Positions 1 through 7,810 of a stretch of 24,427 nucleotides of DNA are shown piece by piece. The DNA comes from a virus (taxonomy: Duplodnaviria; Caudoviricetes). Where the stretch lies: the IMG/VR virus record IMGVR_UViG_3300046058_000040, positions 1-24,427 of that record. One strand, given 5' to 3'. Below the pieces are notes generated by a model. The model had not been told where the DNA came from. It ran no database searches and worked only from the letters and a program-made list of their open reading frames with translations. Numbering within the stretch: position 1 is the stretch's first letter; the number at the start of each line of letters is the position of its first letter. A program made the translations under genes and the position numbers.

Positions 1-2
1 AC

Positions 3-125
3 AGCCTGAACGCCTTTGTTCAGCGAATGACGGACGTGGACCACGTCCGGTGGCTGCCCCCTGCGGAGGCCCCGACGGTGATCGAGGCCTTAAAGGGCTG
101 GTACGAGCGCGAAACGACTGAATAA
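3..125 (+). CDS. gemA: Mu gp16/GemA-like (DUF1018) protein, C-terminal fragment cut by the window edge
   Basis: Translated by hand: SLNAFVQRMTDVDHVRWLPPAEAPTVIEALKGWYERETTE*. Matches the LNAFV.R...V....WL......VIEALK.W C-terminus of gp16 and lies directly upstream of Mor, as in Mu-like phages. Confidence 0.75.
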   Translation, partial: SLNAFVQRMTDVDHVRWLPPAEAPTVIEALKGWYERETTE

Positions 126-137
126 CGACCCGATGCG

Positions 138-587
138 ATGACCTACGACGAGTTTTGGCGAGAGATTTGGGACGATCTGGAGCCGGGCGACCTGCCCGGC
201 GACCTGGAAACGCTGGCACGTGGGATGGGGATGGACGGCACGCGGCGGCTGACCGAGTTTCAGCGTGGACAGCTGTATGTCCCAAGCGCAAAGAACATGG
301 ATCAGGAGACGCTCTTCGGGGACGAGTCCCAACCTGTACCTGCGAGGCTGGAGGGCATTGCCGAGCACGTGGGGCCGGACGTGGCGCGCTACCTAGCCCG
401 GCACTGGGACGGGGCGCCCCTCTACATCCCGAAGCCAGAGAGCGTGGTGCGGGTTTATCGCGATGACCACCTGCTGGACGAATTTCGGAGTGGCGCCACA
501 GTGCGGGACCTGGCAGAGCGGTACGACCTCACGAAGGAGCGCATCATGCAGATCCTGCGAGCGGAGGGCGAGCAGACGGAGATGTGA
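138..587 (+). CDS. Mor/C-family transcriptional activator of late genes, with a duplicated N-terminal module
   Basis: G.PLYIPK...RD...F.SG.TVRDLAERYDLTKERIMQIL is the Mor beta-strand plus HTH signature; position just before the lysis cassette. Confidence 0.85.
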   Translation: MTYDEFWREIWDDLEPGDLPGDLETLARGMGMDGTRRLTEFQRGQLYVPSAKNMDQETLFGDESQPVPARLEGIAEHVGPDVARYLARHWDGAPLYIPKPESVVRVYRDDHLLDEFRSGATVRDLAERYDLTKERIMQILRAEGEQTEM

Positions 588-599
588 GAATGAAGGGAA

Positions 600-1373
600 T
601 TAGTGTTTCTTTCTGGACTGTTGTGACTCGTAGCTGCAGTCCCCCTTCAGGCGCACCGATTCGGCCTCTCGTGCGATGTCTCTCAAGTCGTTTACATAGA
701 CGTAGGAACTGCCGTCCATATGCTGAACCTCAATCCGGTGAACTTCTACACAAGTCCCGACGGAGCTATACCACACGTTCTCGAAGTCCGTGTATCCTGA
801 TCCTCCGGGTTCGAGGGGTCCAACTAGACGGGTCTGTGCCGTTGCGATTCCGGTGTTTTTGCCGGAAGTTGGGTCCCCGACAGGATTGAATAGCTTCCAG
901 GTGATCCTGGCGTACTTAACGGTCTTATTCAGAGAAATGTTGATGAGCCCCAGTCCGACAGAAATTCCATCTGCGCTATTCTTTTCAAAGGTCTGCCGGG
1001 CTAAAACAATGGTGTATCCTTTCTCTCGGAGTCTCTGTAAATACTTCCTACGATTTCGGGCTCTCTGACGCTTTGCTCTCAGCTTCTTCTTGTACTTCTT
1101 TCTCTCGTCATCACTCATAACATTCTCCTTTCTCAACCAACCCTCCCATTCGACTCCACCTTCAGTATACGTCACCCGGAAGTAGTCCTCTTCGGAACCT
1201 CTAATCTCAACAGTATCCCCTTGGGACAGCCGAACAATTGCGTCTCCAGTGATGAAGGCCTCCTTTTTGATTTCACCTCCGTTGACCAATACAGATTCTC
1301 CCTCCTGCCCTGCGGCAGGAAAAGTTATTAACAAAACGACTGCCGAAAAGAGCGTGAAGCGGATCAGAGTCAT
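600..1373 (-). CDS. Secreted SH3b-domain protein (moron)
   Basis: Signal peptide (MTLIRFTLFSAVVLLITFPAAG-Q), SH3b-like segment (LSQGDTVEI...YFRVTY...EGWLRKENV), basic coiled coil, beta-rich C-domain. Antisense to the phage genes and lower GC (1081-1140 is 23/60 GC). Confidence 0.75.
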   Translation of the reverse strand: MTLIRFTLFSAVVLLITFPAAGQEGESVLVNGGEIKKEAFITGDAIVRLSQGDTVEIRGSEEDYFRVTYTEGGVEWEGWLRKENVMSDDERKKYKKKLRAKRQRARNRRKYLQRLREKGYTIVLARQTFEKNSADGISVGLGLINISLNKTVKYARITWKLFNPVGDPTSGKNTGIATAQTRLVGPLEPGGSGYTDFENVWYSSVGTCVEVHRIEVQHMDGSSYVYVNDLRDIAREAESVRLKGDCSYESQQSRKKH

Positions 1374-1442
1374 CTGTCCAAGCCCATTTCAGTCTTGTGC
1401 GTATCGGTAAGCTACAACCGCAGCGTATCCGGGGAGTTCTGT

Positions 1443-1505
1443 AAAGCGTTTTTTGGAGTCGAGTCGGGACTGATGGGTACTCTGTCCTGCGTGGGAGACA
1501 ATCCC
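1443..1505 (+). promoter_or_regulatory. Candidate Mor/C-activated late promoter for the lysis/head operon (Plys-like)
   Basis: AAAGCGTTTTTT (1443-1454), then the -10-like TACTCT 35 nt after the box start (1478), then GTGGGA-N4-ATCCC (1491-1505). The same architecture recurs at 9709-9764. Confidence 0.55.
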
Positions 1506-1545
1506 CGCAGGACCGTTTTACGTGTACCCATTCCGACGCTGATCC

Positions 1546-2379
1546 ATGACAGCCACGACCCGCCGCCGCGTACACTGGATACTTCTCGTAGTGGTGGCGG
1601 TGTGCCTGGTGGGCGGCACCGCCTACACCGGAACCGAGAGCGGACTGACGGACTGGTTGGGAGCCGTGAGCGCGTACGCCGCGGCGTTTGCGGGCCCGGT
1701 GATGGTTGTGGGAGTCTGGTACTGGCTCGACTGGGCCGTCCTCGACCACTTCGATACGTGGAGGGAGCTCCGAGACGGCAATTTTGCGGTCGCGCTGTTT
1801 GTGGTGGGGCTGCTTCTGAGCTTTGCCCTCTGTTTCCTGGGCGCCCTCTCGGCGCCGGCCCAGCCCGCTCAGCAGACTGCGCATGTAGATACGGCCGAAA
1901 GGTACATCGGGGTGACAGAAAAGCCGCCGGGAAGCAACGAGGGAAAGCACGTAGAACGGTTCCTTGCTGAGGTGGGCCTTGACGGCGGGTATCCGTGGTG
2001 CGCGGCCGCAGTGAGCGCCTGGATGGACTGGGCCGGGGTGGACGCCCCGACCCGTGAAGACGGCAATGTCATCCGGACCGCGCTGGCCACTGATTTTCTG
2101 GATGCGCGCTGCGTCATCGATGCGGGCGAGGTTCTCCGAGGACGGGAAGAGGTTCGTCGTGGGGCCGTGGCAGTGTGGCGCAAAGGAAACGGCAAGTTCG
2201 GGCACACCGGGCCGGTGGTGCGGTGGGACCGGCGCTGCGGGGTGACGATCGAAGGTAATACGACGCCGCCAGACGGGGCTGAATCGCAGCGAGAGGGAGA
2301 CGGCGTATACCGGCGCACGCGCTGCATCCGGCCGCACTCGCATTTTCGCATCGTAGGCTTTGCCCGCCCGTCGTGCTGA
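1546..2379 (+). CDS. Endolysin: CHAP peptidoglycan hydrolase fused to an N-terminal 3-TM (DUF350/holin-like) membrane domain
   Basis: Catalytic motifs YPWCAAAV, GHTG and IEGNT; three hydrophobic segments in aa 10-101 including ELRDGNFAVALFVVGLLL; first gene of the lysis cassette. Confidence 0.8.
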   Translation: MTATTRRRVHWILLVVVAVCLVGGTAYTGTESGLTDWLGAVSAYAAAFAGPVMVVGVWYWLDWAVLDHFDTWRELRDGNFAVALFVVGLLLSFALCFLGALSAPAQPAQQTAHVDTAERYIGVTEKPPGSNEGKHVERFLAEVGLDGGYPWCAAAVSAWMDWAGVDAPTREDGNVIRTALATDFLDARCVIDAGEVLRGREEVRRGAVAVWRKGNGKFGHTGPVVRWDRRCGVTIEGNTTPPDGAESQREGDGVYRRTRCIRPHSHFRIVGFARPSC

Positions 2380-2780
2380 TGCTCGGACTCAGCCCCTCGC
2401 GCACCATTTTAGGGCTAATTATCGCTGCCCTGATGGTCCTCGTGTTGCTGGGGTTCTGGCGGTACGAGTCCGTATCGTCGGAGCTGGAGGTGGCGGAGGC
2501 CCAGGCCGACCGGCTCCGGGCCGACACGGCCGCGATAGGGGCGCGGCTCTCGCAGTGGCGCGCCATTGCGCGCCGCCAGAGCGACAGTGTGGAGGCCCTG
2601 CAGGCGGAAGCCCGCCGCCTCGATCGGCGCCTCGATCGGGCGCGTCAGAGCGCAGAGGCCGCCCGCCGACGCGCGGCGAGGGCGGCCGCTGCCGTGGCTA
2701 TACCGGATACTGTGAAGGGATGCCTGCCGGCCGTCCGATGGGCCGCTCGCCACGCTGATTCACTTGCGACCGACTGGTGA
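2379..2780 (+). CDS. i-spanin (Rz-like)
   Basis: Single N-terminal TM followed by a long Ala/Arg-rich coiled coil with one C-terminal Cys; TGATG overlap with the endolysin stop. Confidence 0.7.
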   Translation: MLGLSPSRTILGLIIAALMVLVLLGFWRYESVSSELEVAEAQADRLRADTAAIGARLSQWRAIARRQSDSVEALQAEARRLDRRLDRARQSAEAARRRAARAAAAVAIPDTVKGCLPAVRWAARHADSLATDW

Positions 2781-3133
2781 TGGCCGATGCACCGCTTCAA
2801 TATTTTCGCTGGGGCCTTTGTCCGTTTCTTTTCGGCGCACTGCTGATTGTACTGATGGGGCTTATTGCAGGCTGCAAGAGTGCGGATACAGCCCGCCGCC
2901 CGCCGCCGGTGGAGGTGACGGTGCCCGTGCCGACGCCGGCCCCGGCGCTTGCTATTCCGGAGCGCCCTGCGCTGCCCCTTGCCCGCGTGGACTCATCAGC
3001 CTCGCCGAGACGGGTGACCCGGGCTTACGTGCGGTCGGTGATGCTGCTGCAAGGGTACGCACGCCAACTGGAAATCCTGCTCAATGCCTACCGAGACTCG
3101 ACGCGTGGACGCCACGTGGGGGACCGGAGATGA
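2780..3133 (+). CDS. o-spanin (Rz1-like) lipoprotein
   Basis: Lipobox LIAG-C, Pro-rich VEVTVPVPTPAP segment; TGATG overlap with the i-spanin stop. Confidence 0.75.
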   Translation: MADAPLQYFRWGLCPFLFGALLIVLMGLIAGCKSADTARRPPPVEVTVPVPTPAPALAIPERPALPLARVDSSASPRRVTRAYVRSVMLLQGYARQLEILLNAYRDSTRGRHVGDRR

Positions 3134-3501
3134 GCTGGGAAGCCATTGCGGCGATTGTCGGCATCGTAAGTGCCGCCAACGCCATCATAGTGGGGCCTGC
3201 ATTGGGCGTGCTCAAATGGTTCCTGGAGAAAAGCTTGGAAAGCAGGGCCGAGGCGATCGACGCAGAGTTTGCACGCCTGGAGGATCGGATTGAGAACGTG
3301 GGGAGCCTGCGAGAGCAAGTGATGACCCTGCGGGAGAAGGTGACAAGGGAGTACGTGCACAGGGAGGACTGGGTGCGCATCGAGGGTGGGCGAGACGTGT
3401 CGATGCGGCACCTGCGGGAGGACGTAACAGAACTGAAGACCTCAGTAGCCGAAATTCGGCAACGCCTTCACAAGGACCAATACCAGCAGAACAGTCCGTA
3501 A
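3130..3501 (+). CDS. Membrane-anchored coiled-coil protein at the Mu gp25 position
   Basis: ATGA overlap with the o-spanin stop. MSWEAIAAIVGIVSAANAIIVG TM plus a coiled coil with EYVHREDW; lies between the spanins and the gp26-like gene. True start is 3130, not 2764. Confidence 0.6.
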   Translation: MSWEAIAAIVGIVSAANAIIVGPALGVLKWFLEKSLESRAEAIDAEFARLEDRIENVGSLREQVMTLREKVTREYVHREDWVRIEGGRDVSMRHLREDVTELKTSVAEIRQRLHKDQYQQNSP

Positions 3502-3806
3502 TGCCTGCACCTTCCGACTTTAATCGGCACCGACGCGAGGGGCTGCGTGCAGATGTGCTTCTTATCTTGAACGTGGCTCGCCCGACGGGCGCCTCCGAGC
3601 AGCTGATTATGCGGACGCTGGGAGACAGCTACGATGAGGTGGGTCCGAATGAGCTGCGGAAGGAACTGGACTATCTGGACGACAAGGGCCTGGTGGACAT
3701 TTCCCAGCGGCACAAAGACGTCTGGAAGGCCCAGCTGAGCTCGGACGGGATCGACGTGGTCGAAGGTGCGGTCACGACGCCCGACGGGATCAGCGACCTT
3801 CGGTAA
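3501..3806 (+). CDS. Mu gp26-like winged-helix protein
   Basis: R...LL.L...ELRKELDYLDDKGLV...AQLSSDGIDVVEG...PDGI pattern; TAATG coupling; sits directly before the small terminase. Confidence 0.75.
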   Translation: MPAPSDFNRHRREGLRADVLLILNVARPTGASEQLIMRTLGDSYDEVGPNELRKELDYLDDKGLVDISQRHKDVWKAQLSSDGIDVVEGAVTTPDGISDLR

Positions 3807-3828
3807 CATTCACCACGTCCCCTCGATC

Positions 3829-4350
3829 ATGCCGCGCCGATCAAAGGTCAAGTCTCTTCCCAAAAATGTCCGGGAGGCCCTCGACGAGAAGCTGGTCGAA
3901 GAAGGCTTTCAGAACTACGAGGATCTGGCGGACTGGCTGGCCGAGCAGGGGTACGACATCAGCAAGAGCTCCGTGCACCGGTACGGCCAGGAGTTTGAGG
4001 ATCGTCTGGAGGCGCTCCGGATCGCGACCGCCCAAGCGAAGGAAATCACCGAGCAGGTGGGCGACGACGAGGGCGCGCTGGGGGACGCGCTCACGGCCGT
4101 GGTGCAGGAGAAGGCGTTCGGCCTGCTCACCTCGATGGAAATGGAGGAGCAGGAGGTGGAGTTTACCAGCCTCATGAATGCGATTGCCCGGCTGCAGAAG
4201 GCCAGCGTGCAGCAGAAGAAGTTCATGCAGGAGATGCGGGAGAAAGCCCAGCAGGCCGCCGAGGAGGCGGAAGAGATTGCGCGGGACGGAGGGCTGAGCG
4301 AGGAGGGCGCGGAGAAGATTCGGGCGAAGATTCTAGGCATTACGGAGTAG
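3829..4350 (+). CDS. terS: Terminase small subunit, Mu gp27-like (DUF3486)
   Basis: MPRRSKVKSLP...L...GF..Y..LADWL.EQGYDISKSSVHRYG and C-terminal GLSEE.AEKIRAKILGI; likely start ATG 3829. Confidence 0.85.
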   Translation: MPRRSKVKSLPKNVREALDEKLVEEGFQNYEDLADWLAEQGYDISKSSVHRYGQEFEDRLEALRIATAQAKEITEQVGDDEGALGDALTAVVQEKAFGLLTSMEMEEQEVEFTSLMNAIARLQKASVQQKKFMQEMREKAQQAAEEAEEIARDGGLSEEGAEKIRAKILGITE

Positions 4351-4351
4351 G

Positions 4352-4397
4352 CATTGGTTCATTCTGCCATTTTATCATTGATGGCGTTTTTGTCATG
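4352..4397 (+). repeat. 8-bp-phased CATT array upstream of terL
   Basis: CATT at 4352, 4360, 4368, 4376; CGTT at 4385; CATG (start codon) at 4394. Confidence 0.7.
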
Positions 4398-6017
4398 GCT
4401 GAGTCCGAGCCCATAGAGAAGGGAGCGCACCGGGAGGACGAGGTGACGCAGCGGCTGGAGCGGGCGGTCCCCGAGTCGATCCTGCTTCCCTACCAGCAGG
4501 CGTGGGTGGCCGACGACTCGGACGTCAAGATCTGCGAGAAGGGGCGGCGGATCGGGATCAGCTGGGCGGAGGCCGCCGACGCCGCTTTGTATGCGGCCCG
4601 CGAAGGGGGCGGGAGCGTGTATTACTTGGCGTACAACCAGGACATGACAAAGGGCTTCATCGAGGACGTAGCCTGGTGGGCCGAGTGGTACGACCTCAGC
4701 GCCTCGGAGATGGAGGAGAAGGAGATGGTCCTGGAGGACCCAAGCGAGAGCGTGAAGGTGTTCGAGGTCGAGTTCGCCAGCGGTAACGTGGTCCAGGCGC
4801 TCCCGAGTACGCCCCGCAACCTTCGGTCGAAGGGGGATCCGGGCGAGCGGGTCGTGATCGACGAGTTTGCCTTCGTCGACGACCCGGCCGGCCTCCTCAA
4901 GGCGGCAATGGCCTTTCTGGTCTGGGGCGGCGGCGTCCACATCATCTCGACGCATAACGGCCGTGACAACGCCTTTAACGAGCTGGTAGAGGACAGCCGG
5001 GCGGGCCGAAAGCCGTACTCCGTCCACCGGACCACATTTATGGGGGCCGTGGAGAAGGGCCTGTACGACCGCATCAACCTCGTGGCCGGGGGGGAGCTGC
5101 CAAAGAAAGAGGAGTGGATCGACCAGATCTATGAGTTCTACGGGGAGGACGCCGAGGAAGAGCTGGACGTGGTCCCCTCCGAGTCCGGCGGGAAGTACTT
5201 CAGCCGGTTTCAGGTAGAGCGGTGCCTCACGAAAGACATTCCGGTCGTCAAGCTGGAGCTCGAGGACGAGTTTGTGGACGAGCCGGAGCGCAAGCGGCGC
5301 AGCGACGTCCACCAGTGGTGTGAGAACAATCTGCGCCCATACCTGGCAAGCGCGAACGGGAACCTGAAGTCGATGCTGGGGGAGGACTTTGCCCGGTCGG
5401 CCGACCTGTCGGTCGTGATTCCGGCGCAGGAACAGACAGACCTGAGCCTGGGGGCGCTGTTTGTGCTGGAAATGCGCAACGTGCCGTTCGAGGCGCAGAA
5501 GCAGATCGTGTTTTATGTCATCGAGCACCTGCCGCGCTTCGTGAGTGGGGCCTTCGACGCGAACGGCAACGGCGCCTTCCTGGCCGAACGGGCCCGGCAG
5601 CGGTTCGGCCCGACGCGGATTCACGAGGTGAAGGCGACGCGGTCGTGGTACATGGACCACATGCCGCGCTACCGGGCGGCCTTTCAGGACGCGGAGATTG
5701 CCCTGCCGCAGGACGCAGACATGCTCCAGGACCACATGGACGTAGAGCGGGTCAGCGGCGTGCCGATGGTGCCGAAGGGCAAAAGCCGCGACGGCGCCGA
5801 TGGGAAGCAGCGGCACGGGGACGCGGCCATTGCCGGCTGCATGCTGTGGTACGCCCGGCAGCATCAGGGCGCTCCCATCACGGAGAGCCAGTCGGCCGGC
5901 ACGCGGTCCTCGCAGCAGGTGCTCGACGAGTACGACGAGGGGCGCGGCGGGACGATCGACGAGGAGACGGGGTGGGGGACGGTGCGGGGGAATCGGGTGA
6001 CGCGGGGGTTTGGGTGA
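4395..6017 (+). CDS. terL: Terminase large subunit, Mu gp28-like
   Basis: LLPYQQAW, Walker A-like EKGRRIGISW, Walker B VVIDEFAF, IISTHNG, nuclease motifs GEDFAR...D and HGDAAIA. Confidence 0.92.
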   Translation: MAESEPIEKGAHREDEVTQRLERAVPESILLPYQQAWVADDSDVKICEKGRRIGISWAEAADAALYAAREGGGSVYYLAYNQDMTKGFIEDVAWWAEWYDLSASEMEEKEMVLEDPSESVKVFEVEFASGNVVQALPSTPRNLRSKGDPGERVVIDEFAFVDDPAGLLKAAMAFLVWGGGVHIISTHNGRDNAFNELVEDSRAGRKPYSVHRTTFMGAVEKGLYDRINLVAGGELPKKEEWIDQIYEFYGEDAEEELDVVPSESGGKYFSRFQVERCLTKDIPVVKLELEDEFVDEPERKRRSDVHQWCENNLRPYLASANGNLKSMLGEDFARSADLSVVIPAQEQTDLSLGALFVLEMRNVPFEAQKQIVFYVIEHLPRFVSGAFDANGNGAFLAERARQRFGPTRIHEVKATRSWYMDHMPRYRAAFQDAEIALPQDADMLQDHMDVERVSGVPMVPKGKSRDGADGKQRHGDAAIAGCMLWYARQHQGAPITESQSAGTRSSQQVLDEYDEGRGGTIDEETGWGTVRGNRVTRGFG

Positions 6018-6022
6018 GGGGG

Positions 6023-6065
6023 CATTGGTCAGTTGCTCATTTGATCATTGGGTCATTTTGGTATG
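6023..6065 (+). repeat. 8-bp-phased CATT array upstream of the portal gene
   Basis: CATT 6023, CAGT 6030, CATT 6038, 6046, 6054, then TATG at 6062 containing the start codon. Confidence 0.7.
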
Positions 6066-7604
6066 CCGATTTTCGATCCGGACGGAAATGTTGTGAGCTC
6101 CGATGGTCCTGAGACGACCAAGGAGGTGACCCATCCCTCCGCCAGCGGCGACGGGAGCGACTCCACCAGCCGGTACCGGTCGGATCTGCGGAAGTACGAG
6201 GACCCGATCCTCAACCGCTCGCGCAAGGGGCTAGACGGATACAAGGAGCTGCTCACGGACTCGCAGGTCTACTCGACGATGCAGCAGCGGCGCCTGGCGG
6301 TGGTGGACCTGGACTGGACGGTGGAGCCGGCCTCCGACGCGGCGGCCGACAAAAGCGCGGCGGACTTCATGCGGGACGCGATGGAGCACGTCAAGTGGGG
6401 CAGCGTCCTGAAGAAGATGCACTACACGGTCTTCTACGGCTTCAGCGTAGCGGAGATGATGTGGGAGACCGACGGCACGTACGTGTTCGCCGACGCGGTG
6501 AAGGTGCGGGACCGGGACCGGTTCAAGTTCGACCAGGACGGGGAGCCGCGCCTGGACGTGTCCGGAGCGCAAGACGGAAAGGAGCTACCGGACCGAAAGA
6601 TGTGGTGGACGGTGACGGGTGGGGACCACGACGACCTGGCGTATGGCATGGGCCTGGCGCACCTCCTGTACTGGCCCGTGACGTTTAAGCGGGAGGGCAT
6701 CAAGAGCACGCTCACCTTTCTGGACAGGTACGCCCACCCCACCCCAATCGGAAAATTTCCGGCCGGGACGAGCAAGGACGATCGGGACAAGCTGCTGCAG
6801 GCCCTGCGGGCGATGTACGTCGACGAGGCGATTATCGTCCCCGAGGGCATTGACGTTGATCAGCTGCAAGGGGGAACCGGCACGCAAAGCGAAGCCTTCC
6901 GGGACTTTCGCGCGGCGCGCAACGCGGACATTAGTAAGGTGGTGCTGGGGCAGACGATGACCACCGACGACGCGACGACGGGCCTCGGCTCGACGCAGGG
7001 GGAGGTGCACGAGCGCGTGAAGCAGCAGGTGGTGGGCTCGGACGCGTCGATTCTCTACGAGTCGTGGCGCCGCCATCCGATGCAGTGGCTCGTGCAGTGG
7101 AATTTTCCGGAGGCGGAGATGCCGCGCATCCGGCACGAGCTGGAGGAAGAGGACGAGGAAGACCGCGAGACGGCGGCGAAGGAGACGAAGACGATGGCCC
7201 AGGCCGGATGGGAGCGCACGCAGGAAAGCGTGGACGAGACGTTCGGGCCCGGCACCTACGAAAAAAAGGACGGCGGACCGCGGACGGCGGACCGCGGCGG
7301 GTCGTCCCCTGCGTTTGCAGAGTTCAGCGACGAGACGCCGATTCCGCAGCGCTTCGCGGAGAGCGTGAGCGGCCCGGCCGACGAGGTAATGGCCCAGTGG
7401 ATGGAAGAGGTGCGGGATCTTTTGGCGGAGGCGGGCAGCCTCAGCGAGTTTTCTGTGCGGCTGGTGGAGCTCTACCCAGAGATGGACCCGGAGGCGCTCA
7501 GCGACGTGCTGGGGGACGGGATGGCCGCGAGCCGGGCCGGGGGGCGCGTAGAGGTCATCGACCGGGAGACGACGCTTGCGCCGTCTGGGGAGGAGGAGTC
7601 ATGA
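6063..7604 (+). CDS. Portal protein, Mu gp29-like (DUF935)
   Basis: D.QV.S.MQQRR.AV...W.VEP, YGFSVAEM.W, YGMGL, ISKVVLGQTMTTD, GEVHERV motifs; follows terL. Confidence 0.9.
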   Translation: MPIFDPDGNVVSSDGPETTKEVTHPSASGDGSDSTSRYRSDLRKYEDPILNRSRKGLDGYKELLTDSQVYSTMQQRRLAVVDLDWTVEPASDAAADKSAADFMRDAMEHVKWGSVLKKMHYTVFYGFSVAEMMWETDGTYVFADAVKVRDRDRFKFDQDGEPRLDVSGAQDGKELPDRKMWWTVTGGDHDDLAYGMGLAHLLYWPVTFKREGIKSTLTFLDRYAHPTPIGKFPAGTSKDDRDKLLQALRAMYVDEAIIVPEGIDVDQLQGGTGTQSEAFRDFRAARNADISKVVLGQTMTTDDATTGLGSTQGEVHERVKQQVVGSDASILYESWRRHPMQWLVQWNFPEAEMPRIRHELEEEDEEDRETAAKETKTMAQAGWERTQESVDETFGPGTYEKKDGGPRTADRGGSSPAFAEFSDETPIPQRFAESVSGPADEVMAQWMEEVRDLLAEAGSLSEFSVRLVELYPEMDPEALSDVLGDGMAASRAGGRVEVIDRETTLAPSGEEES

Positions 7605-7655
7605 GTTGATGAGTCATGAGTTGATGAGTCATGAGTTCATGGGTCATGGGTTTTG
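7596..7655 (+). repeat. 15-bp tandem repeat GAGTCATGAGTTGAT (2 exact, 1 near-exact, 1 degenerate copy)
   Basis: Copies at 7596, 7611, 7626 (GAGTCATGAGTTCAT) and 7641 (GGGTCATGGGTTTTG); the first copy overlaps the portal stop codon. Confidence 0.85.
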
Positions 7656-7810
7656 AGTCAGGGTAGGGCATGATGGGCGAGGGGTGACTCGGAGGCGTGG
7701 TCTCTGAGCGCTTATTTTGGGCTCTGAGCGGGGCGGGGGCGTTTGTGTGCTCTGCTACGCGTCACCCACGATCTACACAGTAACAGCCCAGTAACACGGT
7801 TTCTGCCGGT

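Noticed and set aside
2764-3129. N-terminal extension of the 245-aa ORF 2764-3501
   Set aside because: Overlaps the o-spanin in another frame; the ATGA-coupled start at 3130 gives a coherent protein.
4359-5864. Long antisense ORFs (4359-5864, 1273-2343, 10484-11311, 16689-17753, 17907-19610)
   Set aside because: Mirror-frame shadows of well-supported plus-strand genes; no recognisable motifs.
7596-7660. Possible CRISPR array or iterons
   Set aside because: Units are contiguous 15-mers without spacers, and no cas or rep gene is nearby.
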